Assembly (NCBI GenBank): GCA_963514005.1
Contig: OY740800.1
Location: 32,860,001-32,924,000 of the forward strand
Length of the DNA stretch: 64,000 bases
From: Raja brachyura
Lineage: Eukaryota
Reading direction: 5' to 3'
Shown: piece after piece, positions 25,678-38,300 of the stretch
How the letters are laid out: the number at the start of each line of letters is the position of its first letter
How positions within the stretch are numbered: position 1 is the stretch's first letter
Translations under genes and position numbers: made by a program
The notes under the pieces: model-generated
Told to the model about the DNA's origin: nothing
Databases searched by the model: none
The model's input: only the letters and a program-made list of their open reading frames with translations

Positions 25678-26165
25678 GGTGGTGCAGCGGTAGAGTTGCA
25701 TCTTCGCAGAGCCAGACACCTGGGTTTGATGTGCTGTCTGGACAGAGTTTGTACGTTCTCTCCGTTAGTGCATTGGGTTTCCCTGGGTGCTCTGGTTTCC
25801 TCCAACTCTCCTAGAGGAAAAGATCTGAACTTTTTTGCACCTTCCATCACAGTGAGGAATGTGGAGGAGTCACTGTGGTGGATGTTTATGTTAAAATGTG
25901 TATTTTGTGTGTCCCGTTGCTTTTTATTTGCCTGACTGACATGGCAAATGAAATTCCTCATATGTTGCAAAACATGTTTGGCTAATAAAGTATTATTGTG
26001 ATTATGATTGTGATAAGACGTGCAGGTTTGTAGGTTAATTTTCTTTAGTTTAAAAAAAAAAGAACAACATTTTCGCTAATGTGTAGGTGAATGCTAGTGT
26101 GTGGGGATGGCTGGTCAGTGTAGACTCGGCGGGCCGAAGGGCCTGTTTCCGTGCTGTATCTCTAT
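25678..26165 (+). mobile_element. tRNA-derived SINE interrupted by an insert at ~25811-26014
   Basis: The SINE halves rejoin at ctcc|aagacg. Confidence 0.72.
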
Positions 26166-26536
26166 GGAGTGAGTTGCGTGCTCAATACTCGGCGTACATC
26201 TTTGTTACCTTTTGGTCATGAGTGTTAGTAACGGCGTGCAGAGTCTAACCTTTGCAGCGTTTGTTAACAAGTTTTCCGTATCTATTTTTCTGCCCCCCTC
26301 CCCCTGTTCCTCTCTACTACAATCGTGTATTATCCTGTGCAGATCAAAGGTTAATCAATATTTATGTTAAGTGCTAATGGGCACCACTCTCTTCACCAGC
26401 TTGCTCCGAATGAAGATTACAGTGCTGAGTGTCAATAATCAGAAGGAAATTATTCTGCTCGAGGGTGAGGGTATTTATTCATGGGATGTGAACATCGTCA
26501 GCAGGGCCAGCTCGTTACTGATTGTCCCTGAATTGT

Positions 26537-27091
26537 GCGGCACGGTGGTGCAGCAGTAGAGTTGCTGCCTTATGCCCCTGTCCCACTTACAAAACCTGAA
26601 CGGAAACCTCTGGGGACTTTGCACTCCACCCAAGGTTTCCGTGCGGTTCCCGGAGATTTTTGTCAGTCTCCCTAATGGTCGAAAGTGGTTTCCGTTTTAG
26701 AAATCGGTAATTTTTTTAGTGGAAGCCGGTTGCGATGCTAGTTGAAGGTGGTTGCCGAGGGACAAAAACCATCGGGAACCGCACGGAAACCTTGGGTGGG
26801 GCGCAAAGGCTCCAGAGGTTTACGTTCAGGTTTCCTAAGTGGGACAGGGGCATCGCAGCGTTTGCTGGGCTGGAGAGGCGGGTTCGATCCTGACTACGAT
26901 CCTGTCTGTGCGGAGTTTGTACATTCTCCCCGTGACCTGCGTGGGTTTTCACCGAGATCTTCGGTTTGTAAAATGTGTACAAAATTGTCCCTAGTGTGTG
27001 GAGGATATTTATAATGTGCTGGGATCGCTGGTCGACGCAGAGCCAGTGGGCCAATGGGCCTGTTTCTGTGCTGTATCTCTAAACTAAACTA
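26537..27091 (+). mobile_element. tRNA-derived SINE interrupted by a MITE
   Basis: Consensus on both sides of 26573-26852. Confidence 0.8.
26573..26852. mobile_element. PIF/Harbinger-like MITE with ~80-bp TIRs, nested in a SINE
   Basis: tgcccctgtcccactta...taagtgggacaggggca; inserted at the TTA of the SINE head. Confidence 0.8.
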
Positions 27092-27421
27092 ATTGAGTAA
27101 GTTGTTTTGCTATTTTCGAGAGAGAGACAGACACACGGGTAGAGGAGATGAGTGAGACAGATTTCCATCTTTGACCAAATGGGCCCCAGCATCAGTCTGA
27201 TATACTCCCGGTCACCACTACTGTAACATGCATTGGGTTCCAGATTTTCTTAGTGAACTGAACCTTATTTCCCCAGCGCTGCGGTGAAATTTGAACTTGA
27301 GTTTATGGAATGTCAAATCAGGCCTTTAATTACATGGAAATGCTGAGTGCAAGTATACAGACTACTTAATGAAAGAGAAACACGAGTGTGCCTTCAGCTC
27401 TTCTTATCTGTTCCACAGTTC

Positions 27422-27672
27422 AAGAATAGACACAAAGTGCTTGGAGTAACTCAGCAGGGTCAGGCAGCGCCTCTGGAGAAAAGGATGGTGAGGATTCTGG
27501 TCGGAACCCTTCTTCAGACTGGTACCCGAAATAGTGTGGGAGACAGAGTCTGAAGATGGATCCGCACCTGAAACGCCACCATCCTTTATCTCCAGATGTG
27601 CTGCCTGAGCCGCTGGGTTACTCCGCCGTTTAGTGTCCATCATTGGTATAAACCAGCATCTGCATTTCCTTG
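27422..27672. mobile_element. Penelope pLTR/hammerhead inverted pair
   Basis: Minus unit to ~27521, plus unit from ~27546. Confidence 0.7.
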
Positions 27673-28504
27673 TTTCCACCATTCAATAAGATCTTTTCCA
27701 ACGCCAGACCAATGGAAACTTGATGTCCTTAATATTCTGAAATCTCTCTACCTCTGCCTTGAATATACTCGGCAACTGGGCCTCCGCAGTTCTCTTGAAT
27801 GGAGAATGTCAAAGATTCATTTCCTTCTACATCAAGAAATTACTTCTCTCTCTCCGTAATGGATGCCCTACAATCTTGTGTCTGTGTCAGCCCAGTCGGG
27901 AGAAACATCAACTCTACATTCTGCCAATACCTTGCAGTTTGATGAGATCATCTCTCGTTCTTTACTTTAGTGTTTAGACCTGGTCAGCTTAATCTCTTTT
28001 GCGGTGGTATTTCAAGTCAGAAAGCCGAGTGAAGGTGCCAGCTGAGGAGTAAACATTGTGAAGGGCCAACGAGGTGATGAAGTAAATCGGACCAAGCCTG
28101 TCTGAAGGTGGCGACTGCCTGTTAGGTGGAGGAGCTGACTGGCTTCATGGTGCTAGACAAATTGACCTGGAGAGTTTAGGTTTGCAGCAATGGGTCAGAG
28201 GTGTCTGGATTGAACCTCAAACTCTCTTTGTATGTTGACCTGGAGTAGGACTAACAACTAGTTCCTCGGGAATGGAAGCGTTACGCCGTCTTTGCGCTGT
28301 TTTGGACTTTAAGGAGCTCTCGCTTGAGACAAACTTGACCGAGTGTGAATAGAACATTGAACATGGAACATTAGAGGAATAGGCTCTTTGGCCCAAACTG
28401 TCTGTGTCAAACATGATGCCCAGTTACACGGATCTCTGCCTGCATGTGATCCATATCTCTCCACTCCCTGCCAAACCAAAAGCTGCTTAAATGGCACTAT
28501 TGTA

Positions 28505-28960
28505 TAGAAACATAGAAAATAGGTGCAGGAGTAGGCCATTAGGCCCTTCGAGTCTGCACCGCCATTCAATATGATCATGGCTGATCATCCAACTCAGTAT
28601 CCCTTACCTGCCTTCTCTCCATACCCCCTGATCCCTTTAGCCACAAGGGCCAAATCTAACTCCCTCTTAAATATAGCCAATGAACTGGCCTCAACTACCT
28701 TCTGTGGCAGAGAATTCCAGAGATTCACCACTCTGTGAGAAAAATGTTTTTCTCATCTCTGTCCTAAATGATTTCCCCCTTATCCTTAAACTGTGACCCC
28801 TTGTCCTGGACTTCCCCAACATCGGGAACAATCTGCCTGCATCTAGCCTGTCCAACCCCTTAAGAATTTTGTAAGTTTCTGTAAGATCCCCCCTCAATCT
28901 TCTAAATTCTAACGAGCACAAGCCAAGTCTATCCAGTCTTTCTTCATATGAAAGTCCTGC
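28505..28960 (-). mobile_element. CR1-type LINE 3' fragment
   Basis: GLSYEERLDRLGLCSLEFRRLRGDLTETYKILKG...RTRGHSLRIRG. Confidence 0.9.
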
Positions 28961-29593
28961 CTCCACCACCGCCACCCCTGCCAGCGTGTTCTGGTCACCA
29001 CCGGTGAGTTTATATAATTCATACACACCATTTATGTGCACGCAGTCTCAATCACAGCACAGCTTTCCCTGGTATGTATGTAGATTAAACCAGGATTACA
29101 GAACTGGATCACTGAAATATCACAAATTCTGAATTTAGCACCAACAGGGGGAATGTGGATTCCATGGGTAGATTTTACGATAATTGAAAGTTCCCTGACC
29201 CGTTTCCATAGCCAAGTTAACATCGACACAAACTGGTGGTTTACATTTTAAATACTCTGGATTAGTGAGATTGGTTGCCGTAATCTAGTAAAATTGGATT
29301 TAGTTGTGCTGTGACTGAGGGGGGAAAAGAAATGTAGGCATTGTATTCCTTTTTCCATTGTTTCAGCAAAGCCATGTAAAGGGCTTCGACAGAAATGAAT
29401 AATTAAAAATACAGCATGTGTTATTATGGAGACGTATAACAGCACAACAACAGCATAACAATGTTGATCCACATTTGGTGTTGGACTTTGTAGTGCAGGC
29501 AAGTGGGAGAAATTGTTGCACCTCAGTGTTTCAGCTGGACTGTTCAATGTCTAAAGTGTTACCCAGATGTTCGGACAACAGTCAGAGTGAGAC

Positions 29594-29723
29594 GTGCAGG
29601 AAAGAACTGCAGATGCTGGTTCAAACCGAAGATAGACACAAAATGCTGAAGTAACTCGGCGGGTCAGGCAGCATCTCTGGAGAGGAGGAATGGGTGACGT
29701 TTCGGGTCGAGACCCTTCTTCAG
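29594..29723 (-). mobile_element. Penelope hammerhead unit with TSD
   Basis: tcagagtgagac at 29582-29593 and 29720-29731, overlapping the CUGA. Confidence 0.75.
29696..29723 (-). ncRNA. Hammerhead core, intact
   Basis: Reverse complement reads CTGAAGAAGGGTCTCGACCCGAAACGTC. Confidence 0.7.
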
Positions 29724-31692
29724 AGTGAGACCTTCAGCATTACGCTTCCGTGCTCATCCTAATGATTTCATGAATTCCCAAATCACACTTTCCTCATCCC
29801 ACTGCCATGCTGTGGCAATCCAGCCACAGCCGCCACTGTTGAAGCACGGCTCCTTTACTAAAGGAGGTTATTCTCACGAACTGCGCAGCAGTTTAACCAG
29901 TTGCTGCCCTCTGACAATGTAGCCTTCCTCCTGTCCATTGTCCACACTGTGTTAGTTGGTGAGGCCTGGGTGATGCTGGCAAGGGCAGCGTTTATTGCTC
30001 AGTCTGAACCCTCGGGGCAGTGGTGCTCACACAGGGACCTGTGATGCCCAGTGGTTAGACACTGTCGGAGGGCAGCAGCTGGTTAAACTCCTGCGCAGTC
30101 TGTGAGAATAACCTTTTGTAAAGGCGTTGTGCTTCCACGGTGGTGGCTGTGGCTGTGGCTGGATTGTCTCGGCATGGCAGTGGAACGAGGGAAGTGTGAG
30201 TTGGGAATTTATTAAATCATTAGATGAGCACGGGAGATTAATGCTTGAGGTCTTGCTTTGACTGTTGTACAAGTGCTTAGGCAGGGTAGAGTCTGCTGCT
30301 TGTCCCTTGCGCAATGAATTATGTTTATCAATTGCATCTGCTTCTTGGGTGCCTGCAATTGGTGTTGTGACAGGCCATAAGTACATTTCTTTCACTAAAA
30401 TGTCAAAATACTATTTCTGTGAAATTTATTTCAATCCTTTTGAGTCCTAGTCATACAGCAGGGAAACAGGCCATTCAGTCCAACTTGTCCATGCAGACCA
30501 AAATACCCCATAGAGCATGCAAACAGGCCCTGTCTCCCACTGGGTCTGCGCCAAGCCGTGATCACCCCGTACACTAGCACTATACTACACGCAAGGGACA
30601 ATTTTACAACTTACCAAAGCCAATTAACCTACAAACCCATACACGTCTTTGGAGTGTGGGAGGAAACCGGAGCACCTGGAGAAAACCCACGCGGATACGG
30701 GGAAAATTTACAAACTCCATACAGACAGTACCCATAGTCGGGATCGAACCCGGGGCTCTGCCACTGTAAGGTAGCAGCTTCACTGTTGCGACACCGTGCT
30801 GCCCAAACTGTGTGGTGCATCATAAAGTCCAAGGTTTGGCTGAACAAGGGTCGTCAGCCTGCTGTTAGTCTGAATAAATGCCACTGTTCTTCGGTACATG
30901 TAGAGCACCGTTAATGAATAATAAAGTACCTTTGAACCATCTCCATGGAAAGGAAGAAGGAGGAGGTGCCTCACACTGTGAATCTCAGCCAAGCAGCAAG
31001 TAGAATCATCAGCAGTATACTACCTTCCAAAATCACACTTGTCACTTGTGGATCGTAAAACAAAACGATAATGCGCTCAGTCTCTCCTTTGGTGTCTTGT
31101 CATCAGACTCCGATGCATTTGGAGAGCAAAGCTGTGGGGAACCACTTTCCATCTTGGCTCAAGTATTGATACTTATTTGTGAAGGGAAAGGAATCGAACT
31201 GCCCATTGAAACTGGTCGAATTATATTCAGCTGGCGTCTTGAGTACAAGAAGAGATGTGACTTTTAGGACAGTCTGGCTGGAGACGCACTAGATTAATCT
31301 CTGGTATTTTTGGCATGTATAACAGATCAGATTAAAATTCCATGTGGGGCTACAGTGTAACTTGACTCTAGTACAGTGTGGTGATGAGCATGGTTTGGAA
31401 AAACACTCTTTGTGCATCTCGGCATCGGACACTTTCAAGTGGAATATAGTACAGGTCCACCACTGATTTTCTGGCAACTACTGATTCCTTTCCCCCCCCC
31501 CCCATAATCCTGACAAAATCCCCCCTCCCCGGAAGTCCCCCCGAAAATGTGGCGCCTAAGCCAGGAGAGGTGGATAATCTCAACCTCATCGGGACCTCCA
31601 TGCCGATCGGCAGGTTGAATTTGCCACATGGAACTCCGGCAGATCCGTTCCCATAGCCGACTTCTGTGCCGATTTGGCAGGGAAGTATCTCG

Positions 31693-31727
<35 letters not shown>

Positions 31728-32109
31728 AGGCCGTGATCTCTGTTAATCCAGCAAAATGGATAGTCCAGAAAGACTCTGGAACCAAGGGTGCTATAGAATC
31801 GGCGGTGGACCTGTACAGGAATGTCGTTTGTTTCAGTAATAAATTACCTTTGGTCAAAGAGCGTGAAATACAATGGAACTTGAAGCTATTTCTTGTACCC
31901 TGATATTCAGTCAATTGTTGGAATTTGTCCCAGTGCTGGTACCACAAGGGTGTGTGTGCTTTTGAGAGATGATGGATGGTCAGGATTTGGGCCATGTTAA
32001 CAGGGCGTGTGAGCTCTGATTTGGCAAAGGTATAAAGCCAGTAGCTGACCAGGACGGCTTTGAAATAACCAACAATGAAGGTGAGTTCGAGGCTTCAAGT
32101 ACAGTTTCG

Positions 32110-32400
32110 GTTTTAGTTTAGTTTTGAGATACAGGACGGAAACAGGCCCTTCGGCCCACCGAGTCCGCGCCAACCAGCGACCAGCAGTCCCTGCACACTC
32201 ACACACTGGGGACAATTTACAATTTACCAAGTCAATTGACCTACAAACCTGTACGTCTTTGGAGTGTGGGAGGAGATCCCAGAGAAATCCCACGCAGGTC
32301 AGAGGGAGAGCGTAAATGCTCCGTATGGACAGCACAGGTAGTCAGGATCAAACCCGGGTCTCTGGCGCTGTAAGGCAGCAACTCTGCAGCTGTGCTGCCC
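32110..32400 (-). mobile_element. tRNA-derived SINE
   Basis: Reverse complement of the consensus; similar minus copies at ~20040, 22375, 30508, 36555, 43160 and 47515. Confidence 0.8.
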
Positions 32401-33523
32401 AGGGTCAGGGGATATTACCATGGCGAAAATAGACTTTCTTTATAATGGCCTGGATGTGTGGTTGGAATCTGCCTTTGGATGAAAAGTGATACCTGGTTTG
32501 TTAACAGTCTCGGTTAGATGTTTGGCAGGGAGAGGAATAGAGTTGATGACTTGGGAGCTGCTGGAGCTTGCCCATGGTAGCTGCAACAGTGGCTTCAATC
32601 TGCCCACTGAGGGAAGAAGAAGTGCGTTCGTCCAGCGCCGGACATAGGCCGAGCAGAGCGGCAATTTAAAGTAGGGCAGGATAAAGCAAAGTGGTGTTGA
32701 CCATGTTGAAGCTGAATAGTGTGTGTGTGGGAAACTGTTACTGCCGTGCAGTGAAGTGAAACCTACCTCTGTACCAAGCTTTTGATCTCTGGTCCAGGTG
32801 TGTTGCTGTCGGTTCCCATCTGATAACATTTATGAAGTGCTTTGGATCACTTTTTATTTACAAAGCACTTTCGGCGGCCTATGTTCACTGCTTCCTATAA
32901 AGGGGAGGCCACTCGGCCTTTCGTGCCCACTGTGTATTTCTGTTGTGCTGCTACAAGTAAAAATGTCATCGTTCTATCAGGGACAAATGACAATAAAACA
33001 CTCTTGACTCTTTCAGTCAAATCCAGGCTGATCTGATTGTGGTCTCAGCTTTGTGTTTTCATCTATCCTTCATAATCTTTCCATTCCCTTATCAAGAATC
33101 CATCTAGCTCTACCTTAACAATATTCAAAGACTGTCTCCACCACCCTTTGAAGAATATTTGCAACCATCAAAGAAATAAATCATCTGTCTCATTTCTGAC
33201 TTAAATGGGTGGCGTCTTATTTTGAAACAGTGATCCCTTTTTAAAGATTTTCCTACAAGAGGGAACATCTTCTCCACATCCACCCAGTCAAGACGGCTCA
33301 AGATCTTGTGTTCAGTCGAGTGCCATTACGCTCCTTAAGGTCTCGAAGATACAGCTCTCACTGTCTAGCCAGTCCTTCTCAGATAACCTGCTCATTCCAA
33401 AGTATTACCCTCATAAGCTTCCTCAGACAGTTCTAAATGCACTCACATACTACCTTAAATGAGACTAAAACTCTGCAGTCCACCAATGCTCTACTTAATC
33501 GAGGCTTCGCTTCCTTACTTTTA

Positions 33524-34024
33524 AGGGCCTGTCCTACCAGCATGCAACTCTATGCGATGAGCGCGACCTAACGTGGTCGCTTGAGCCGTCCGGCGTCGTG
33601 GGGCCGGTCCCACTTCGATCGCCGGAGCCGTGCGGAGTTCGTCCCAACATCGCACGGGGCTCCGAAAAACTGACTATGTTAAAAAATTCCGCGCGGCAAC
33701 GGCTTGTTGGCTCACAGTCGCCTCGACGCATGACACACCGCCTCGACATCGTGCCTCTATGAACCTATCTGTAGGTGCCTCCGTGACCCTCTATGTGTGT
33801 GGCTCTGTGGCCCTCTGTGTGTGCCACTCTCTGTCCTGGCGAACTTACCTTAAGACTTCGCTCCAAGTTCGCCTCACTTTGCGCCGCGTTGCGCCACTCA
33901 CCTCCGACCTCCGCATGCTGGTGAGAACGGCCCTGTATAGGGGATCACCCGACCTCCGCGCGGCCCCCGCTTCTAGATTGATCGCGCTCATCGCATGGAG
34001 TCGGATGCTAGTAGGACAGGCCCT
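33524..34024. mobile_element. PIF/Harbinger-like MITE with TTA TSD
   Basis: tta|agggcctgtcctaccagcat...atgctagtaggacaggccct|tta. Confidence 0.85.
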
Positions 34025-35146
34025 TTATACCCATTTCCCCTAGCAATAAATGAGAACATTGAACGTTTTCCTATTTACTCTCTGTACCTGTACATATCAG
34101 TCCGTAGAAGGGTTCCGACCTAGAACATCGCCTATCCGTGTTCTCCAGAAATGTTGCCTGGCTCGCTGAGTAAGTCCAGCACTTTGTGTCGAATCATGCA
34201 TTAGTACCCCGAGATCCCTTATGTCTCGGGGAGCTGCAATTTTTCACAATTAAACATAATGTGCTTTTCGATTACTTAGAAGTTCTTAGACATGGGTTTG
34301 TCACTACCGATGATTAGTGTCTATCGCTAAGCCTTTAGCCCATGTGATGTGTACTGAATGCCCAACCTTGCACCCTCCACGTTATGTGGTCAGTTGAGTT
34401 CTCTACAGAGGTACCAAGATTAGGAGCCAGGGAAGACTTCCCTTCCTACACGTTAGGGGCAATCCTGCCAAAGGTGCATTAGAGCCTAGCTTGTGACTCA
34501 ATCCCGGGATGAATGGTCTTCTCGACCTCAACTGCATTGCCTTTCACAAAGGTAGAACGCCACTTGGGTACTGAAGAGAGATTAGGACCTGGAAGAACTG
34601 CCCAGGCCACAGGGAAGAGACATGGCAGAACTCGGGAAGGTATATGCTGCATCGGGTGTTTAAAATTGAGTTTTAATAGTGCCAGTAAATGTAGTCTGCA
34701 GTTTAATGAATCTGAAACTTAATTTCAGAATATTGCAAATTTAATATTAAAAATGTCAATTTTTAAAGCTTGAGGTTATGATATTTAATAAGAATTAATA
34801 GAAACATCTCAATGACAGATTTGAAACTGCTATATTTAATAATTTCTCGACTGGAAGCTAAATTCCATCTGCTTTTCTCACTTTCCATTCCCGTCCGCTC
34901 TTGATAATGTTCCTGGGAGGCTGCAGATGAAGGGGTTTGATAAAGCGGATACAGCATATCTACGTCCTCGTGGGGAATCTAGGAGAGAAGGGCTAATTAA
35001 AACTGGAGCCGGAAGACTCGACTGAGATCAACAAATGCACTTTCCCCAAGTCTAGTGTCAAACCTGGAATACTCCTCTCGAAAGATGCTGGAGGGCAGGA
35101 CAACTGCAGGTGTTAATTGATGCCGATGGATTTTAGGGTGAGCAAG

Positions 35147-35378
35147 ATAGTCACAAAGTGCTGGAGTAACTCAGCGGGTCAGGCAGCATGTCTGGACAAA
35201 AAGGAATGGGTGATGTTTTGGGTCGGGGCCGTTCATCAGACAGAAGTCTGAAGAGGGTCCGGACCCGAGACATCACCCGTTCCGTTTTCTCCAGAGGTGC
35301 TGCCTGACCCGCTGAGTTACTCCAGCACTTTGTGTCTATAGTTGGTATAAACCAACATCTGCAGTTCCTTTCTACACA
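35147..35378. mobile_element. Penelope pLTR/hammerhead inverted pair with 14-bp TSD
   Basis: ttagggtgagcaag at 35133-35146 and 35379-35392. Confidence 0.8.
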
Positions 35379-38300
35379 TTAGGGTGAGCAAGGCTGTCTG
35401 GAGATGAGGTGAAACAACATCTTATTGAATAACCACTTGGTTGAGGGGGCTGTATGACTCGCTCCTGTTGCTTTCTCCTCACCCATTTCCATTGGGCGGA
35501 ATACTGGTGCAACTAGTAGAGCTGCTGCCTCACAGCTCCAGAGACCCTGGTTCGATCCTGACCTCGCGTGCAGACTGTGTGAAGTTTGCATGTTGTCCCG
35601 GTGACTGTGGTCGTTTCCTGCAGGTCATAGTCATTGTCAGACGGCATGGGAAAACGGCCCTTCTGCCCTCCGAGTCTTTTGATGACATTGGCCACCCATT
35701 CACCATAGTTATCCCACTAAACACTCCGGGAGAAATTTACAGAGGCCAATTAACCTACAAACCTGCACGTCTATGAGATGTGGGAGGAAATCCACGTGGT
35801 CACAGGGAGAACGTGCAAACTCCACGCAGACAGCATCCAAGGTCACGATCTAACCGTATCTTTAGCGCTGTGAGCCAGCAAATCTTCTGGGCCTAGTTTT
35901 AATTTCATTTCTACAGTTTTAAGAACGTAAAAGTTGTTCATGTTGGAGAAATGAGGATTCTACAGAAAGCCTTGATAAGGTGCCACAGGCAAGGCTGCTA
36001 AGGAAGATGAGAGCCCATGGCATCAAAGGGAAGATACTAGCATGAATATCAGGTTGGCTGGATGGCAGAAGGCAAAAAGTGGCAATAAAGGGGGGGGGGG
36101 GGTTCTGGCTGGCTGTCAGTGACTAGCAGAGTTCTGCAGGGCTTGGTGTTGGGAGGGAGAGATAGATCAGCCATGATTGAATGTCAGAGTAGAATTAATG
36201 GGCCGAATGGCCTAATTCTGTTCCTTTCTCTTACGATCTGCAGACGTTAGTAGTCTCCAGTAAATGCACTGTTGGGTACTGTAGCTCTCCACAGACTCGA
36301 GTGGCAGTCTAGTCTAGATTATTTTGGGATGTGGTGAAGTAATTTAAATGTTGTCTATTAATCTTAAAGCAAATGTGTAATGAGGCTATTTTAATTAATT
36401 TTTATTTTTCGGTTCCCATGTCATAAAAATGACTGCGTTCTAAAACCAGTTTATTAGTGGTGTGTTTCACAGTGCCCTTTTGCCTTGAAAGGTGCCAAAT
36501 GAAGGCAAGATTTTACAACAAAGCTTAACTCCCCAAGTTCCCTCTCCCTGGTATTTAGATTAGTTTAGAGATAGAGCATGGAAACAGGCCCTTCGGCCCA
36601 CCGAAATCCACACCGACCCCGCATACTAGCACTATCCTGCACACTAATACTATCCTACTCACTGGGGACAATTTACAATCATACCAAGCCAATAACCTAC
36701 AAACCTGTACATCTTTGGAGTGTGGGAGGAACCGGAGCACCCGGAGAAAACACACACAGATCACGGGGAGAACCTACAAACTCCGTATAGACAGCAGCCT
36801 TAGTTGGGATCGAACCCGAGTCCCTGGCGCTGCAGGACAGAAACACTACTGCTGAAAGAACCTGAAAACCACTTGGGATGATGACCAGAAATTGGGATGT
36901 TTTCCCCTCTCAAATTTATAACAAAAGTTATTTGCAGGAGACTAGAGTGGTCATGAGGTTAGTGGCTAACTTTATGCCGAGCTTTTGAAACTTGACACTC
37001 CATGGAAGGCCGCTAGTGCTTTCTTAAACCGCTGTAGGTTGAACCGGCAACTTGTTGCCCATGTAAAGAAAAACCCTACACCAGGGTTGGATGGACACAC
37101 AGTGCTGGAGTAACTCAGCGGGTCAATAGACAATAGGTGCAGGAGTAGGCCATTTGGCCCTTCGAGCCAGCACCGCCATTCAATGTGATCATGGCTGACC
37201 GTCCAAAATCAGTACCCCGTTCCTGCCTTCACCCCATATCCTCTGACTCCGCTATTTTTAATAGACAGTCAGACAGCATCTCTCCGTAACGTCATCCATC
37301 CTTTTCTTCCAGAGATGCTGCCTGACACGCTGAGTTACAACATCAATCTGTCTTTGGTAAAAATAAAACAGCATCTGCAGTTTGTTGTTTCTATCTATAA
37401 CTGGGCTTGAGTTTAGATGTTTGCACCCATATTTACGAATGTTTGCGATCTCCTGTCTGTAATTTCTTTCTTTTTTATAATCCTTTGAGATATCCGCCCT
37501 CCTGACCTGCGATCATCCCTGAATTTAATCTCTCCATTGCCAGTGTGTTTAGACCTGCCCTGAATAAATCTCCGTAAACCTCTCCAACTCCTTAAGATGA
37601 TCCTTAAAACCCCTTGTGTCCATGTTTGTGGTCATCTACTCTATTAGTTAGACTCTGCGTTTAATTTTTGTTTGATAATGCTCCCACACAGCAGCCTGGA
37701 ATGTTTTGCAGCGTTCAAAGTGGTAGATAAATGGAAATAGTTGTTCTGTCTAAGAGGTCTAACGTGCTGTCCAGTCACACACTATTAACTTAGTAGGCAG
37801 CATTCCTCAGCACACTGCTGCTTAAGTGATGTTACTGCACGCCGTTGAATGCCCTGCTTTCACAATGACATGCAGCCGGTTTATGCAGTTTTTGTTCTAA
37901 TTTTCCCCTCCTTCTGGGAAAGAGAGAGAATCTTTCAAAGTGAGAAACTAAATGCGCCCTATCCTTCAAACCATTGTTAAGCTCGCAATTTTTATTTTTT
38001 TTCATGCCCAATCTTTGGGAAATCGAAAGTCTGCAGGAATTCATCCTGAAACCACCCTGTTAATCCTCGAATAATCTTTCTGGCATGGGTCAATGAATTA
38101 CTGAAAACAAGCTGCAGTTATGCAATGTTCTCCAGGGACACGGGACTTATACAATGCCCTTTTTGAGAGGCAGCCTTGTGAGGAACTGACCTAGGACTAG
38201 ACTGTTCAGCCATGGGCTACTCACAGTGGCAAATGCATTGCACTATCATTGTGACATTTTCTGTGTTTAAAGTCTTGATGTAAATAATATCTTAAATATT

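Larger units (their letters stand above)
29562..30282. repeat. Long imperfect inverted repeat (arms ~220 bp, spacer ~140 bp)
   Basis: 29731-29920 is the reverse complement of 30059-30250; similarity continues beyond the Penelope insert. Confidence 0.85.

Noticed and set aside
31435-31995. 186-aa ORF with poly-Gly / poly-Pro
   Set aside because: Produced by a poly-C tract of uncertain length; no homology recognised.
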